DNA from: Sphyrna mokarran
Taxonomy: Eukaryota
Direction: 5' to 3'
Assembly (NCBI GenBank): GCA_024679065.1
Contig: JAGIQG010000023.1
Coordinates: 15,996,001 to 16,060,000, forward strand
DNA length: 64,000 nt
A program made the position numbers and the translations under genes. A model generated the notes under the pieces. It had not been told where the DNA came from. It made no database searches and saw only the letters and a program-made list of their open reading frames with translations. Below, one piece after another: positions 12,170 through 25,403 of this stretch; within the stretch, counting starts at the first letter, position 1, and each line of letters starts with the position of its first letter.

Positions 12170-13765
12170 TTAGAACAATCAACACTGATAGGAAAAAGGT
12201 TCTCAGTAAATTATTGGGATGAGGGCAGATAAGTCCCTGGGCCTACATCGTAGGGTATTAAAGGAAGTGGCAGTGGAGATACTGGATCCATTGGTTATAA
12301 TATTCCAGCTTTCCCTGTGTATGGAAAAGATTCCAGCGGATTGGAAAAATGCTAATGTAATATCCTTATTCAAAAAGGGAGGGAGACATCATGTGGATAG
12401 TTACAGACCAGTTAGTTTAACATTTGTTGTTGTGAAAGTGTTACAGTCAATTATCAAGGAAGCAATATCAGGACATTTGGAAAGTCAAACTTTATCCATC
12501 AGAATCAGCATGGTTTTATGAAGGGCAAGTCATGTTTGCCTAATGTGCTAGAGTTCTTTGAGGATATAACAAGCAAAGTGGATAATGGCAATCCTGTAGA
12601 TGTAGTATATCTGGACTTCCAGAAGGCATTTGATAAGGTGCTATGCAAAATGTTAAATTCACAAAGTTAGATCACTTGGGATAATGTGTAATTTATTAGC
12701 TTGGATAGGTGACTGGCTGATGGACAGAAGACAGGGAATCAAGATAAATTGTTTTTTTCTGGATGGCAAGAAGTAATTAGTGGAGTACCACAGCGCTCAA
12801 TCCTTAGGCTCCAGCTATTTACAATCTATATTAGCAATTTGGAAACAGGTATAGAAGACACTATAACCAAATTTGTAGCTGACACAAAATAGGTGGGAGA
12901 GTAAATTGCAATGAGGAAATAAGTACCTTACAAAGATATAGATCGGTTAGGAGGGTGGGCCAAAATGTGGCAGATGGAGCTTAATGTGGGTAAGCATTTT
13001 GGTTAGAAATTTGGGAAGGAGACTCATTATCTAAACAAGGAGAGACTTTGGGGTGTTCTGGAGCAAAAGAATCTGGATGTCCTCATTCATGAGACACAAA
13101 AATCTCACATGCAGATATAGCAGATGATAAAGAAAGCAAATGAAATGTTAGCATTTATAGCTAAAGGAATAGAATGTAAAGTTAAGGAAATATTGTTGCA
13201 ATTATACAAGGTATTAATGAGGCTGCACCAGAATATTGTGCACAGTTTTGGTCCTGTTATTTGAGGAAAGATGTATTGGCATTAGAAGCAGTTCAGAGGT
13301 GGTTCACTAGATTGATTCCAGAAATGAGGGATTTGTCATATGAAGAGAAATTCAACAGTTTAGGCCTATACTCTCTGGAATTTAGAAGAATGAGGGGTGA
13401 TCAAATTGAGGTATACAAGATGATTGAAGATATGGATAAAGTAGACATGGACCAAATGCTAATGTGAGGAATTCTAGGATGAGAAGATAAAGGATCGCAA
13501 ACTCAAAACAGAGTTAAGGAGAAACTACTTCTCCCAAAGTGTTGTGAAGCTGTGGAATTCGCTCCCCCAAAGTGTGGTGGATGCTGGAATAGTGAGTAAA
13601 TTTAAGGAGGAATTAGGCAGATTTTTAATTGGTAATGGGTTGAAAGATTATGGGGAAAAGACAGGAAAATAGGAATAAGGAGCATATCAGCCATGATTGA
13701 ATGGTGGAGCAGACTCAATGTGTTAATGACCTAATTCTGCTCTTATATCTTACGAAATTATGATA
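12170..13765 (+). mobile_element. Degenerate CR1 LINE, 3' 1.6 kb
   Basis: ORF pieces IPADWKNANVISLFKKG..SYRPVSLT, YLDFQKAFDKV, and LEAVQRWFTRLIP..RRMRGD, followed by a CR1 3' UTR. Confidence 0.92.
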
Positions 13766-13934
13766 TGGAATAAAACCAAGGAGACTCAAATTGCAGTAGT
13801 TTTGATAATGAATTTGGAGTCCCACCCTACCTCTATTTCACTGGCTGACACAGAGGCAGAAATCTAAACATTCCCTCTTAAATAGTAAAACATCCATCAC
13901 ATTTCTCCTCTTTAACTCTAAGAAGAATGAAATT

Positions 13935-14030
13935 GGGCTTCAGTTTCTCTCTCCACAAATGCTGCTTGACTTGCTGTGTTCTTCCAACATTTTCTGTTTT
14001 TATGTAAGATTTCCAGCATCTGCAGTATTT
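13935..14030 (+). mobile_element. Penelope-like family 1 fragment
   Basis: CTCTCCACAAATGCTGC...CATTTTCTGTTTTT..AGATTTCCAGCATCTGCAGTATTTT. Confidence 0.6.
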
Positions 14031-14994
14031 TTCATTCATTTATAAAATAAAACTTTATTGTTGATATTTGATTTCAGCATTGCTTTGAAAAAAAACTTGT
14101 GGCCAATGACAATTGTATTGTCAATTTACTCTATTAATTAGAAAGCACTCACTTTGATAAACAATAATATCTGATGGCTTGTGTGTTAGTGTTAGAATTT
14201 TGAAAACAGTACTATGGAAAACATTGGTCTTGCCAAAATATAAGATTTGACCCAGAAAATGCCCTGAGAACAGCTCATTTAAGGATTTGAACCACGATTT
14301 GTTTACAGCTGGAATTGGGAGGTAAGCCAGAATTACGAGTGGAGAACCTTATTGCTGTTTTTGTTCCCCTTCAGCACATCTCAAGAAAACTCATCAATCT
14401 TATTGTGACAAGGTTACACAAAAGTGAATGGAGACATCTGCAAAGAATCCAGGTTCTTTTTAGAATTTCAGGCTGTCAACACCTTTGTACTAGTGATAGT
14501 GGTTCAACAGCTCATGCTGTTGTTGGACTTGGCATGGAGTAAGACCTAGAATAAAGACCAGCAAAAAGGCTGTAATTATGGACATGTGAAATTCATTCAG
14601 AAGGTGCTGGAAATTCATTAGCAGTCTCCCACAATTTGAGAAGAGATTGGGTAATGTAATGATTGTGTGCCAGAATTTTACCACCACATCAGAATCTGGA
14701 CAGGCACAGCTTGCAGAACTGAATTCTCTGTTGGCCTTGAACGGAATTTTATAAGCCTTGCCTATGAGAGATCATAAAATACCAGCTGTGGTATCAGTCT
14801 CTGTCACTGCAGAAGAGAGTCACCTTTCTTGTGAGAGCAGTGCAAGCAGAGAGTGAGTAATTGCCTGAGAGGATGGAGTCCACTCTCATGCAGAATCACC
14901 AAACAGCCATCTACTAAGCATGTAAGAAGTGGGGTTCTGCCCCAAGGCAGCAATCCCCTGTATCTGATTTTTTTTAATCAATGCTTACCTTTTC

Positions 14995-15285
14995 ATACAA
15001 TCTATTCAGCCCATTGAGGCTGCACTGACAACAATTCCACCCAGGTCGCATCCTTCTACACCACCTATTTAACTCCCTAATCTCCCTGATACTAGGAGCA
15101 ATTCATCATGGCCAATCAATCTAACCTGCACATCTTTTACTGTGGGAGGAAACTGAGCACCTGGAGGAAACCCATGCAAACACAGGGAGAAAGTGTAAAC
15201 TTCACAGAGGCAGTCACCCAAGGCTGGAATTGAACCAGGGTCCAAGACACTGTGAGTCAGCAATGCTAACCACTGTGCCACTCTC
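14995..15285 (-). mobile_element. HE1 V-SINE (tail A)
   Basis: Reverse complement of the HE1 head, V-domain and tail. Confidence 0.88.
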
Positions 15286-16094
15286 TAATGGAGCCTGAAG
15301 TGTCTTGACTTCGCACGAAGTGTGCCATGCTTATTACACATAGGTTATTCTTTTGGATCTTGGCCCACAATAGAGAATTTGGAACTCATTTGGATTGGAA
15401 GAGAATAGATAACAAAAAGTGTGACAGTTGTGTTTGCAACAAGATGGTCTGTTCTGGGACATGAAAACTGGGAAATGAGGATGAGAAGCAAAAGAAAGGG
15501 AAAGCTGAAAGAATGGTTAAATAAAGACAAAGAAAATTAAAAAGAGAAAATTGTACTGAGGCCACATTTACGTTCTGTTGAGGGGTGCATATATTAGGGG
15601 CTTTAGTTCAAACATCTTTTCAACTGTGTGCCTACGTTGCAATATTGGGGAAGGCAAATCTCCACACTCAGGATACGTATGGAGCATTGCCAAGTAACTT
15701 CCAACCAACAATTAAATGTAATTATCAACAAGACAGTGAGATCTATCCAGTCATTGAGATGTGTTTAGATTTAGACCTAAAGTTTACATTAATTTTAGTT
15801 TCCCTCTGGCATTAGTTACACTGGAATGTCAGGCAGTGAATTCCACCTGGGTGAGGTTACACTTCCAAGTGATTTATCACTGCTGGCTATTTCAAAACAC
15901 ACCCATCACTGGCTCCCCAAACAATGAGAGTCAGTCACAATAATAGAGAAATGAATTATGATTCATTGTGTGATGGTGCCAGCCTCACTTTTTTGCAATC
16001 ATTTGACACTGTTGTTGCAAAGTTGGGGACTCGGACATATGGCTCATTCATGGTTGAAAAATCTACCCCCAATATGAAAGCTCAGATGGTGGAT

Positions 16095-16416
16095 CATAGA
16101 ATAGAATAATAGATACCCTGCAGGGCAGAAGGAGGCCATTTGGTCCATCAGGTCTGTGCTGACAATAATCCCTTCCTGGCCCTATCCCTTTTAACCCTGT
16201 GTTCAACCTGCTAATTCCCCTGACAATAAGGGGCAATAAAGTGGCCAATCAACTTAACCCTGCACACTCTGGACTGTGGGAGGAAACTGAAGTACCCAGA
16301 GGAAATCCATACAAACACAGGGAGAATATGCAAACTCCACACACTCACCCAAGGTCAGAATTAAACCTAGGTCCCTGATGCTGTGAGGCAGCAGTGCTAA
16401 CCACTGTGCCACCGTG
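16095..16416 (-). mobile_element. HE1 V-SINE (tail A)
   Basis: Full-length reverse copy with a (CATAGAAT)-type tail. Confidence 0.9.
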
Positions 16417-16534
16417 ACGTGAAACACTGGATCTTTTCTCTCGCTACAGGTGCTGTCAAACCTGCTGAGATTTTTGTGTTTTCTGCTTTGTGTGTGCGTG
16501 CATGCGTGTGTGAAAGCTCTCTATCACAGGCCTA

Positions 16535-16805
16535 GGTTGAGGTGATAAATTTAAAACTGAGGAGGAATTACTTCTCGCAGAGGGTGGTGAATTTGTGGAA
16601 CTCGCTGCCCCATAGCGTGGTGGAGTCTGAATCATTAAATGGTTTCAAGTAGGGGATAGATATACTCCTGATTAAAAAAAATCAAAGGGATATGGGAAAC
16701 AGGTGGTGAAGTGGATTTGACACCAGGGAGAGATTAGCCATGAGCTGATCGAATGGCGGAGCAGGTTTGAATTTGCCTACTTCTGCTCTTAATTCCTGTG
16801 TTCCT
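16535..16805 (+). mobile_element. CR1 3' end
   Basis: AGGAATTACTTCTCGCAGAGGGTGGTGAATTTGTGGAACTCGCTGCCC (RNYFSQRVVNLWNSLP) plus 3' UTR. Confidence 0.85.
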
Positions 16806-16861
16806 TGGTTGTCCCTCCATCCATCTCCTTCTGATGTTGTCATTTTACTCTGCGTGCAGGT

Positions 16862-16935
16862 CTTTTTTGCTACCAAATAAACCTGTTGGACTTTAACCTG
16901 GGATTCTGAGATTTCTTACTGCGTCTTAACCCCAA
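16862..16935 (+). mobile_element. Penelope-like family 2 fragment directly upstream of the promoter
   Basis: CTACCAAATAAACCTGTTGGACTTTAACCTGG...GAGATTTCTTACTG is near-identical to 23866-23915. Confidence 0.7.
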
Positions 16936-16939
16936 ATAA

Positions 16940-17633
<694 letters not shown>

Positions 17634-18839
17634 TGACACAGAGAGTTAAAAAAAAATCCTCTCGATACTTTATTAAAAATCTTGAAAGTAACCCCCCTGA
17701 ATGATTGGAGTTTGGACAGTTCAGAACCTTTCTCTGGAGAACATGTACTCTTTTTGTCTCCAAGCCAGGCTTGTTTAATGGGAGTAACTGAGAGAAGTAA
17801 GAATTTGAGTTCCCTTTCAGTCAGGCCTTAACATGCTCCCCCAAAATTGGGGAAGAGGCTTTTTATTTTTAATGCTGAAATTGGAACAGAGAGTCAGAAA
17901 TCGCACAGCGGGTATGCTTTCTGCCTGGAAAGTGAAGGGCTTTTCTTTATCTGTAGTGGGTTGTCACATTGGCACACTTTCTTCCCCAGATCTGAGAGTG
18001 GGAATGAATGGTTGTGTGGACAAGACGGATCCGCTCACTCACACCAGGATGAATGTTTGAGTTAACTGCCCACCGCCAGCTCCCAGTCACCGGGAAGCTC
18101 TTTAGTGAGCCAACCAGAACACAGACCGGCAGAAGGAGCTCTCTCTCTCCCCCCCCAGCTCCCCGAGGCTTCCCCAGTTTCGGGAGTGTAATAAGTTTGT
18201 CATTTCAGTAACGTGTTGTTTGGCACCACAGCTGTACCGATGTGCTGAAGTGTAGGGGATGGACGTGTTGTGTAAAGTCCTGGGATCTTCTCTCTCGTGG
18301 GAAATGCCACCCCAACCAGGATTGAGATCCCTGGTTTATTTCCCGTAGGGTATTGGAACTTTTTGAATAACTTCCACTTTGTGGGTAAGTGAGAAGAGAA
18401 CATTTGCCAGCTAGTTATCACGTTCCGATGTTTCCTGAAGATCATTTGAAAAAGGTCTCATTGTGAGCATAAATAAAGTTGACCCGTTTACACGGATTTG
18501 ACCAACTGCTAGTGTTAACTTCATAGCTTTGTCATATTTCCGATGGAAAAGTACTGTCACTACTATGAATTGTTTTGACTATTCAGGAGGAGAAATCAAT
18601 TCAGTTTCTAGCCAGTTTTGGTGTGACAGATATTCTTACACAATCTCTCTGCGTCTCTGATGTCTCTGAGATTAGCTTTATATTCCTTGGGCTGCTGGAA
18701 CAGAGTTTTGAGGGAACATGGAATTCCACTTGTCCAGAGAGGCACACTCTTTATGCCAGGAGGGAATGTGGGCACTGCGAGCATTTCTGATATTTTGTGG
18801 GATGCAGTAGTATTGTTTGGGTTATTCAGCTGTACTTTG

Positions 18840-19275
18840 GAATAGAATCCCTATGTTGCAGAAGGAGACTGTTCGGCCCATTCAGCCTGCAACCACAACA
18901 GTCAAGCTCCACCCCTGCAACCTCAGATATTTATCCTGATAGCCCCCTTGACTATTTGGCCACACAGTGATTAGCTTTACTGCCTCACAGTACCAGGGGC
19001 CCAAGTTCATTTCCGGCCATGGGTTGCTGTCTGTGTGGAGTTTGCACATTCTCCCTATATCTGTGTTAGTCCTCTCTGGGTGTTCTGGTTTCCTCCCACA
19101 TGCCAAAGATATGCTGGTTAGGTGGATTGGCCATGCTAAATTGTCCCTTTAGTGTCAGGGGGATTAGCAAGTGAAATACATGGGGTTAAGGTTTAGGGCT
19201 TGAGTGGAATTGTTGTCGACACAGGCTTGATGGGCCAAATAGCCTCCTTCTGCACTGTAGGGATTTTATGACTCT
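18840..19275. mobile_element. HE1 tail (-, 18840-18950) abutting a full HE1 SINE (+, 18957-19275)
   Basis: Both CR1-derived tails point outward. Confidence 0.8.
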
Positions 19276-20394
19276 GACACCACATTATTCGAGGTTAGTA
19301 TAGTTTTTAGCTATGTTTGAGTTCAGCAAGCATTCAGTTTATAGTAGTCTGTTAGAAAAGCTTACATGCATGTTCATCTCACTCTGTCTCCAATGTGAAT
19401 AATAGGTTGACATCCTTGCAAGTTCCAAAACTTACCAATTTGCATTTTAAAGCCAAAGTTGTGATTTCAAACTGGGCTTTTTGAAACATTTCTGCACATC
19501 TTCCTGTTATCTTGAAAAATAAAGCTACCTTATTTAAAAGCTGAATTCTGATAGAACCCACAGCTGGAGTTGGACTGTACCTATGGATGTATATTAGGAG
19601 ACGTGAAAATTGTGTTTGGTTTGCTATGGTCTGTTGATTAGAAAAGTTACTGTATTTTTGAGTAACCAAGGCAAAAGGATAAGGGGCATTGTGTTCCTGC
19701 CAGACTGAAAAGAATGAAATCAGAATAAAAGATGCTGGAAACACTCAGGAGGTCAGACAGCCTCCATGGATAGGTAAACCAAGTTAACATTTCAGGTCAG
19801 TAACGTTTTAATGCTTACTGATCTGGGCAACGTCAGTAAAGTTCAGATGAGATAAGCAGTGATTCAGTCATGTTGTTAAATGCCTGAAAAATGGAAAACT
19901 TGAGAGAATGCATTTTGAAATTTGAGTTTCTGGGGAAGAGTGAGTTAGGGAGTGCAATGATTCTGGGTTTTAATATAAAATATAGGAAAGTGACATTTGT
20001 TAGAGATTGGAAGGGACAAGATTTACAAGTTTAAATAACTGTAGTGATAAGAAATGATTCAAAATGTAATTTTTGTTAAAGCTGCTCTTTTGCCTTGACC
20101 TTCCAAGCAGAATGATGCACCCTTACTAATTTGTTGATGCTTTTGATCTTAAAGTGCTATTGAATCAGTGTTAATAGTTAGTTCCTTTTGAGTGTAGAGT
20201 GCTTTTTACATTATAAGTAGGTTTTTTTTCCATTGGATGGTATTTATTCCTTCGGTTTAATCTATTTCTATTTAAGAAGTAATTCTGTAAGAGTAAAACT
20301 AATCCTCTTCCTCCATTTTATTATATGTCTGTTGGTGACATGAGATCAAGGCATAGCATGGATCAGCGTATTTGCATTTTCTCATACAACAGTA

Positions 20395-21900
20395 CGTTCT
20401 AAGTGTTCAGTTATCATGTTCTATATAATAAATTCTGTCATTTTCCCTACTACTGACATCAAACTAACACATCTATAGTTTCCCTTTTTTCCCCTCTCTC
20501 TTTCCCTCATATGAGGGGTGAGGATTACGTTTCCTATGTTCCAGCCAATATCGACCTTTGCAGAATCTTTGGAATTTTAAAACATAACCACTAATGCATC
20601 TACTATTGCTATAGCCACTTCCTCCAATACTCTGGGATGCAATTTATCTTGCCCAAGGGATTTATCAAACTTCAATCCAAATATTTTTGAATACTACCTC
20701 TGAATTAATGCTAATTTCTTTCAATTCTCCATTTTCACAAGTCCCTTGGTTGGCAAATATTTCTGGAAGATTTTCTGTACCTTTCTCTATGAAATCAAAC
20801 ACAATGTAACTGTTTAGTTTCTCCACCATTTCCCTATTCTCCATTGCAAATTCTTCTGTCTCCTCCCATAATGGACCCACATTTGTCCTTGCTAACATTT
20901 GCCTTTTCACATATCTAAAGAAATTTTGCAGTCTGCTTTTTGTTATTTGCTATCACATCCCCTTTTCCCTTTATCAACTTCTTGTTCCTGCTTTGCTGTT
21001 TACTAATTTGCTTCCAATCCTCAGGCTTACTACTTTTTTTGGCAAACTTATAAGCCACTTCTTTTGATGTAATTAAATCTTTAACTTATTTTGTTAGTCA
21101 TGGTTGATTCATCTTTCTGATTGGGTTATTGTTGAGGATTGTACACTTATTATAGTTCATGTATTACTTTAAATATTAGACATTGTCTGTCTACTGTCAA
21201 ATCTTTTAATACATTTTCCCAATTCACTATAGCCACCTTGCCCCCCAGTCTTCATAATTTCCTTTATTGAGTTTTTGGACCATAGTTTCAGAACTTTTTA
21301 TCCCACTTTCAAACTTCTTATAAACCCTATCATATTATGGTCACTATTTTCTAACTCATCGTTTCTTATTAGATAATAAATGTAAAATAGTGAGATTCTG
21401 AGATGGTTCTTCAACATACTATTCCAGGAATCCATTCTCCACAGCATCGGTACTAATTAGTTTTATCCATTATTTTTGTAAATTGAAGTTGCCTAAAGTG
21501 ACACGCAGGTCTCATTTCCTGATTTATACCATGCCCAACATTACCACCACAGTTTGATTGCCTGTAAAGAACTTCCACCAATGATTGCTGCACTTAGTTG
21601 TTCCCTAACTCCACTCTCTCTCATTCTACATTTTGATCCTTTTATCTAGGATCTGCTGTCACAAGTGTACTGATCTTGTCCCTTGTTAGCAAAGCTACCT
21701 GATCTCCTTTGTCCCTCCGAGTCATCTTCCTAAATGATGAATGTACTTGAACATTCAGTTCCCAGTCTTGGTCACCCTGCAACCATATGTCATGACAATT
21801 AAATCAGACCAATTTACTTCTGTTTGTGCCTTCAAATCACTACTTTCTCATGATATTTACTGAACATATAGTGTTCATTTACAGGAATTGATACTTTGCA
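20395..21900 (-). mobile_element. Old CR1 ORF2 fragment (endonuclease-to-RT region)
   Basis: Minus ORF TNVGPL..ETEEFAMENREMVEKLNSY; collinear CR1-like sequence on both sides. Confidence 0.78.
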
Positions 21901-23831
21901 TTTTCATGCTCCGTGTTGCACCAAATTTGGATGCATTGTATGTAATGTAAAAGATTATTTAGTAAAGAGATTAGATTATCATCTGAACTTTGAAATAGGT
22001 CAGTAACAAGGCATAACCCTCACTTCAGCCTCCTCAAAAGAATGTTCAATGGGTTGGGGTTATATTATTGCTGGCACATACTCTCAACGCTTAACTCCCC
22101 CAAATTCCTTCAATTGCAATGACTGCATAATGTGGCATCCTTTTTAGAAGTTTGCTTTCAATTTTGTGAAAGAATCAATGAAGAGCAATTTTGGGCCAGG
22201 ATCAAGAAGAGTGTATAGTGTGGGAGAACAAAGCCTGGGGGAAGAAATGATAGGAACTTTGTGCAGATGATGATTTGTGAAGTAAAATTGTGGAAGAATT
22301 CCTGATGTCATGAACATCATGTTGAATTTCTTCTTTTATTGATTCCATGTTAATACCAAGGGATTTAGTGCATAAACCTTGGTATTCTGTGATTGAGAAG
22401 GTTTGCAAGCATGCTTAAAAACCATGATGGTATTACCATTTTAAAAGAATGTGGTTTTATACAAACAAATTACACACAGCCATGTAGAGTTTATATCTCT
22501 CAATTCAAAACTGTTTAATTAAAAAGTAATACTTTCAATTCCTTATAATGCGCTAAGTTCCCACTTGTGCTTAATTCAGTTTGCTTGATACAAAATGAAC
22601 AACTTTGAAGCATGCAGTTACACAGCTACAATTTTAAATTACATTCTGCATTAAATAGTGCAGTCTTTGATTACATTTGCATGTACCTGTGCTAGGATTA
22701 CTGTTTTTATATGCACCTGGATTCAGCCAGGAGAATGAGGCAAGACCAAAGCTAGTGCTTTTTACCCATTTAAAATTTACCAAAATCTGAATGAATAGTT
22801 GTAAAGGAAAGCTACATAAACTTTCCATTTGCAAATATTATTCCAATGTAAATTCCTTGGTCTTCATTCACTTTTGGGGCTCCCTATGTGTGTGTATTGT
22901 CAATTGTGAAGAATGTCATCAAGAAATATATATTTAATCTCAAAGCCTTCAGTTTATGTGGCACAGAATTCTAACTGTCATGATCAAAAGCTTTTTTGTA
23001 TGTCAGGAAAAATTTCCTGTGTTGATTGGCTGAGATGACTCACTGTTCTCATTGTAAAATAGGTCAGATTTTTAAAAAAGTTGCCATTTTCTTGACGTTA
23101 GTAGTGCAGTGGATGAATATGTAATGATCTGCTCGCAGGAAGAGTCTCACTGCCTGATCAAAATGGAAGGGAAACCCGTCGAAAGTGAAAGTTGACTCAA
23201 TTGAAGAAATAATGCCGTGTCTTCAGTGTATGTATTTAAGTGCCCCAACCTGATCTGGGTAGCCTCAGTTTTGGGGAGGCAGCAATTGTTGGCATGATGT
23301 GTTGGAAAAGTTCACTGTGTGTAGGAATGTACCCAGATAGCAGGACTCTGACAACTCGCTTCTCTCTTTGTGCTTATTTTTATAAGTGTTGGATTTTGCA
23401 AGCTTGAACGTAAAGGACAAAAGCGACTGGAAGGCCTGAGAAATACAGTAGGACTGATTGTGACAGGGTTTGTGTTGGTTCTGAGGCAGTTTTACAAAAA
23501 GAAAATCAGCTCCTGATGCTGTGATGATAGTTAAATACTTCTACCCAAAACCTGCGGGTGAGGTGAATCACTTGGCTCATTGAGAAAGGTGTGTGTTGTG
23601 TTTTACCACAGCTGATTGACAGACTGCGGCATAAAATGATTTGTCCTTGACTTCAAAGTTTAATATTTAGGGGAGTCAGAGCTGAATCACAGTTTATTGT
23701 TTGGTAGCATGTAGTCCTGTTTGTACATCTGTCCTTTAAAAATATGTGATAGAAAGATCACATGTGAATTGTGTGGGGAAACTGTCCTTTGATTTATCTT
23801 TTATTCCTTCTATCTGTATATGTCTACTTCC

Positions 23832-23915
23832 TGAAGAAGGAGCTTAAGGCTCGAAAGATAGTGTTACCAAATAAACCTGTTGGACTTTAACCTGGTGTTG
23901 TGAGACTTCTTCTTG
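23832..23915 (+). mobile_element. 84-bp Penelope-like family 2 insertion with hammerhead core and 11-bp TSD
   Basis: CTGAAGA-AG-GAGC ttaag GCTC-GAAA-GATA at 23831-23860. TGTCTACTTCC at 23821-23831 and 23916-23926. Confidence 0.8.
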
Positions 23916-24574
23916 TGTCTACTTCCCCATCGCTTTTGTCAACTGAAGGTGACAGATTTATTATATGTTGACCGATGTTTGGATGCTTCATTTCCAAGAC
24001 ACCAGACTTGACGCTGGGTATTTTTAACTGACAAAAAGATCAATTTAGTTTCTTCTGCGGTGTCCAAATGAGTCATTATGACTGTATGAGCAGATATCCA
24101 GATGGGGAATGTGAACACATGCATATGTTGTGGAAAAAACGCTGGTTGTAGAATCTGGTTTAATAATCTAACTTTAAATGGAAAAATATTGATCTTTTAC
24201 GGTGACCGCAACATCCTGCTATGTGGGCATGTCAAAATTAAATGTGATGGCATTAAAAATCTTAATAAAATCTAGGGGTCCAGACGGCCTGTGGGGACCA
24301 TTTGAGTTGTGCCATCCTGATTTTTTTTATATAATCTGAATCTCCTAATTGCATTACTGCTGTGTAAATCCTGCTTCATCATTGTTCAGTTTATCACCCG
24401 CTGACTTTCTCAGTGGCATTGGAACAAAGTGTGTATACGTAACATTGTTCGCTCAGGATGTTGTCTAAACTAATTTTTAATCTGTAAAAATGTCCTCCAG
24501 CTTTTCATAACAGTCATCCCGCTTTGGATGCACGCAAGGTTTTCTTGTAACATCAGTCACTTACTGCTATTTGT

Positions 24575-24790
24575 ATTTTTCTGACTCATTCTCTGGATCT
24601 GGCTGAAGTTAGCAAGGCTGCACTTTTTGTTCACGTCCAGTTGCTGTGCAAATGTGTCTAGATTTTTTCTTTACAACCTTTGAGGGGCAGTAAGAGCTGA
24701 CCACGTATTGTGGGCATGGAGTTGTTCTTGAGGGTGACAGAAACATTAATGAATCAGTTGGGTTTTTATTACTGTAACGACCACATTACA
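24575..24790 (-). mobile_element. Degraded copy of the SINE family at 31880/32430
   Basis: GGGCAGTAAGAG..ACCACGTATTGTGGG...AATGAATCAGTTGGGTTTTTA. Confidence 0.5.
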
Positions 24791-24959
24791 ATATCTTACA
24801 ATTGAACTATGACTTGAGTGATAAAGGGGGAGCCTTGTAACCTGCTCCCAATAACTAAGGCTTTGTTCTAAGGTTGTAGTCAAAGTTCTGTGTACGTGGG
24901 ACTTTTCGGGTACTCTTCACCAACTGTCATTTTATACAGCACGTTTGATTTGTGAAAAA

Positions 24960-25403
24960 GAAAGATGTGCATTTATATAGTGCCTTTCATGACAACTGTA
25001 CATCTCGAGGCTCTTTACGGAAAATGGAGAACTTTTGAAGTGTAGTGATTGTTATAATATAGGAAATGCAATAGCCAATTTGTATATGGCTAGCAGCCAC
25101 AGACAGCAATGTAATAATGACCAATTATTCTGTTTTTGTGCTGTTGATTGATATTGGCCAGGACGTCAGGGATAATGGCCCTATTCTTTGAGATGGTGCG
25201 ATGGGATCTATAGGTTAATCTGCGGGGCAGTCTTGGTTTATTGTCTCATCTGAAAGAAGACCCCTTCCACAATGATACCAATCTCTCCATCTTGCACTGG
25301 AGAGCACCAGTTTTAATTTTTATGTTAGAATTCCTGAGTGGGATTTGAACCCAGAGCCTTCTGTCTTGGAGGCAAGAATGCTGCCAGCTAAGCCACAGCT
25401 GAC
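24960..25403 (-). mobile_element. Deu-domain SINE (SacSINE1/AmnSINE-related), near full length
   Basis: tRNA-like head (GTCAGCTGTGGCTTAG...GGGTTCAAATCCCACTC on minus), Deu core (GATCCCATCGCACCATCTCAAAGAATAGGG..TCCTGGCCAATAT) and tail GCACTATATAAATGCAC. Confidence 0.78.

Noticed and set aside
16488-16512. Alternating purine-pyrimidine tract (also at 37017-37040) and the T9A9 palindrome at 17203-17220
   Set aside because: Short simple repeats that are common in such genomes; no evidence of function from sequence alone.
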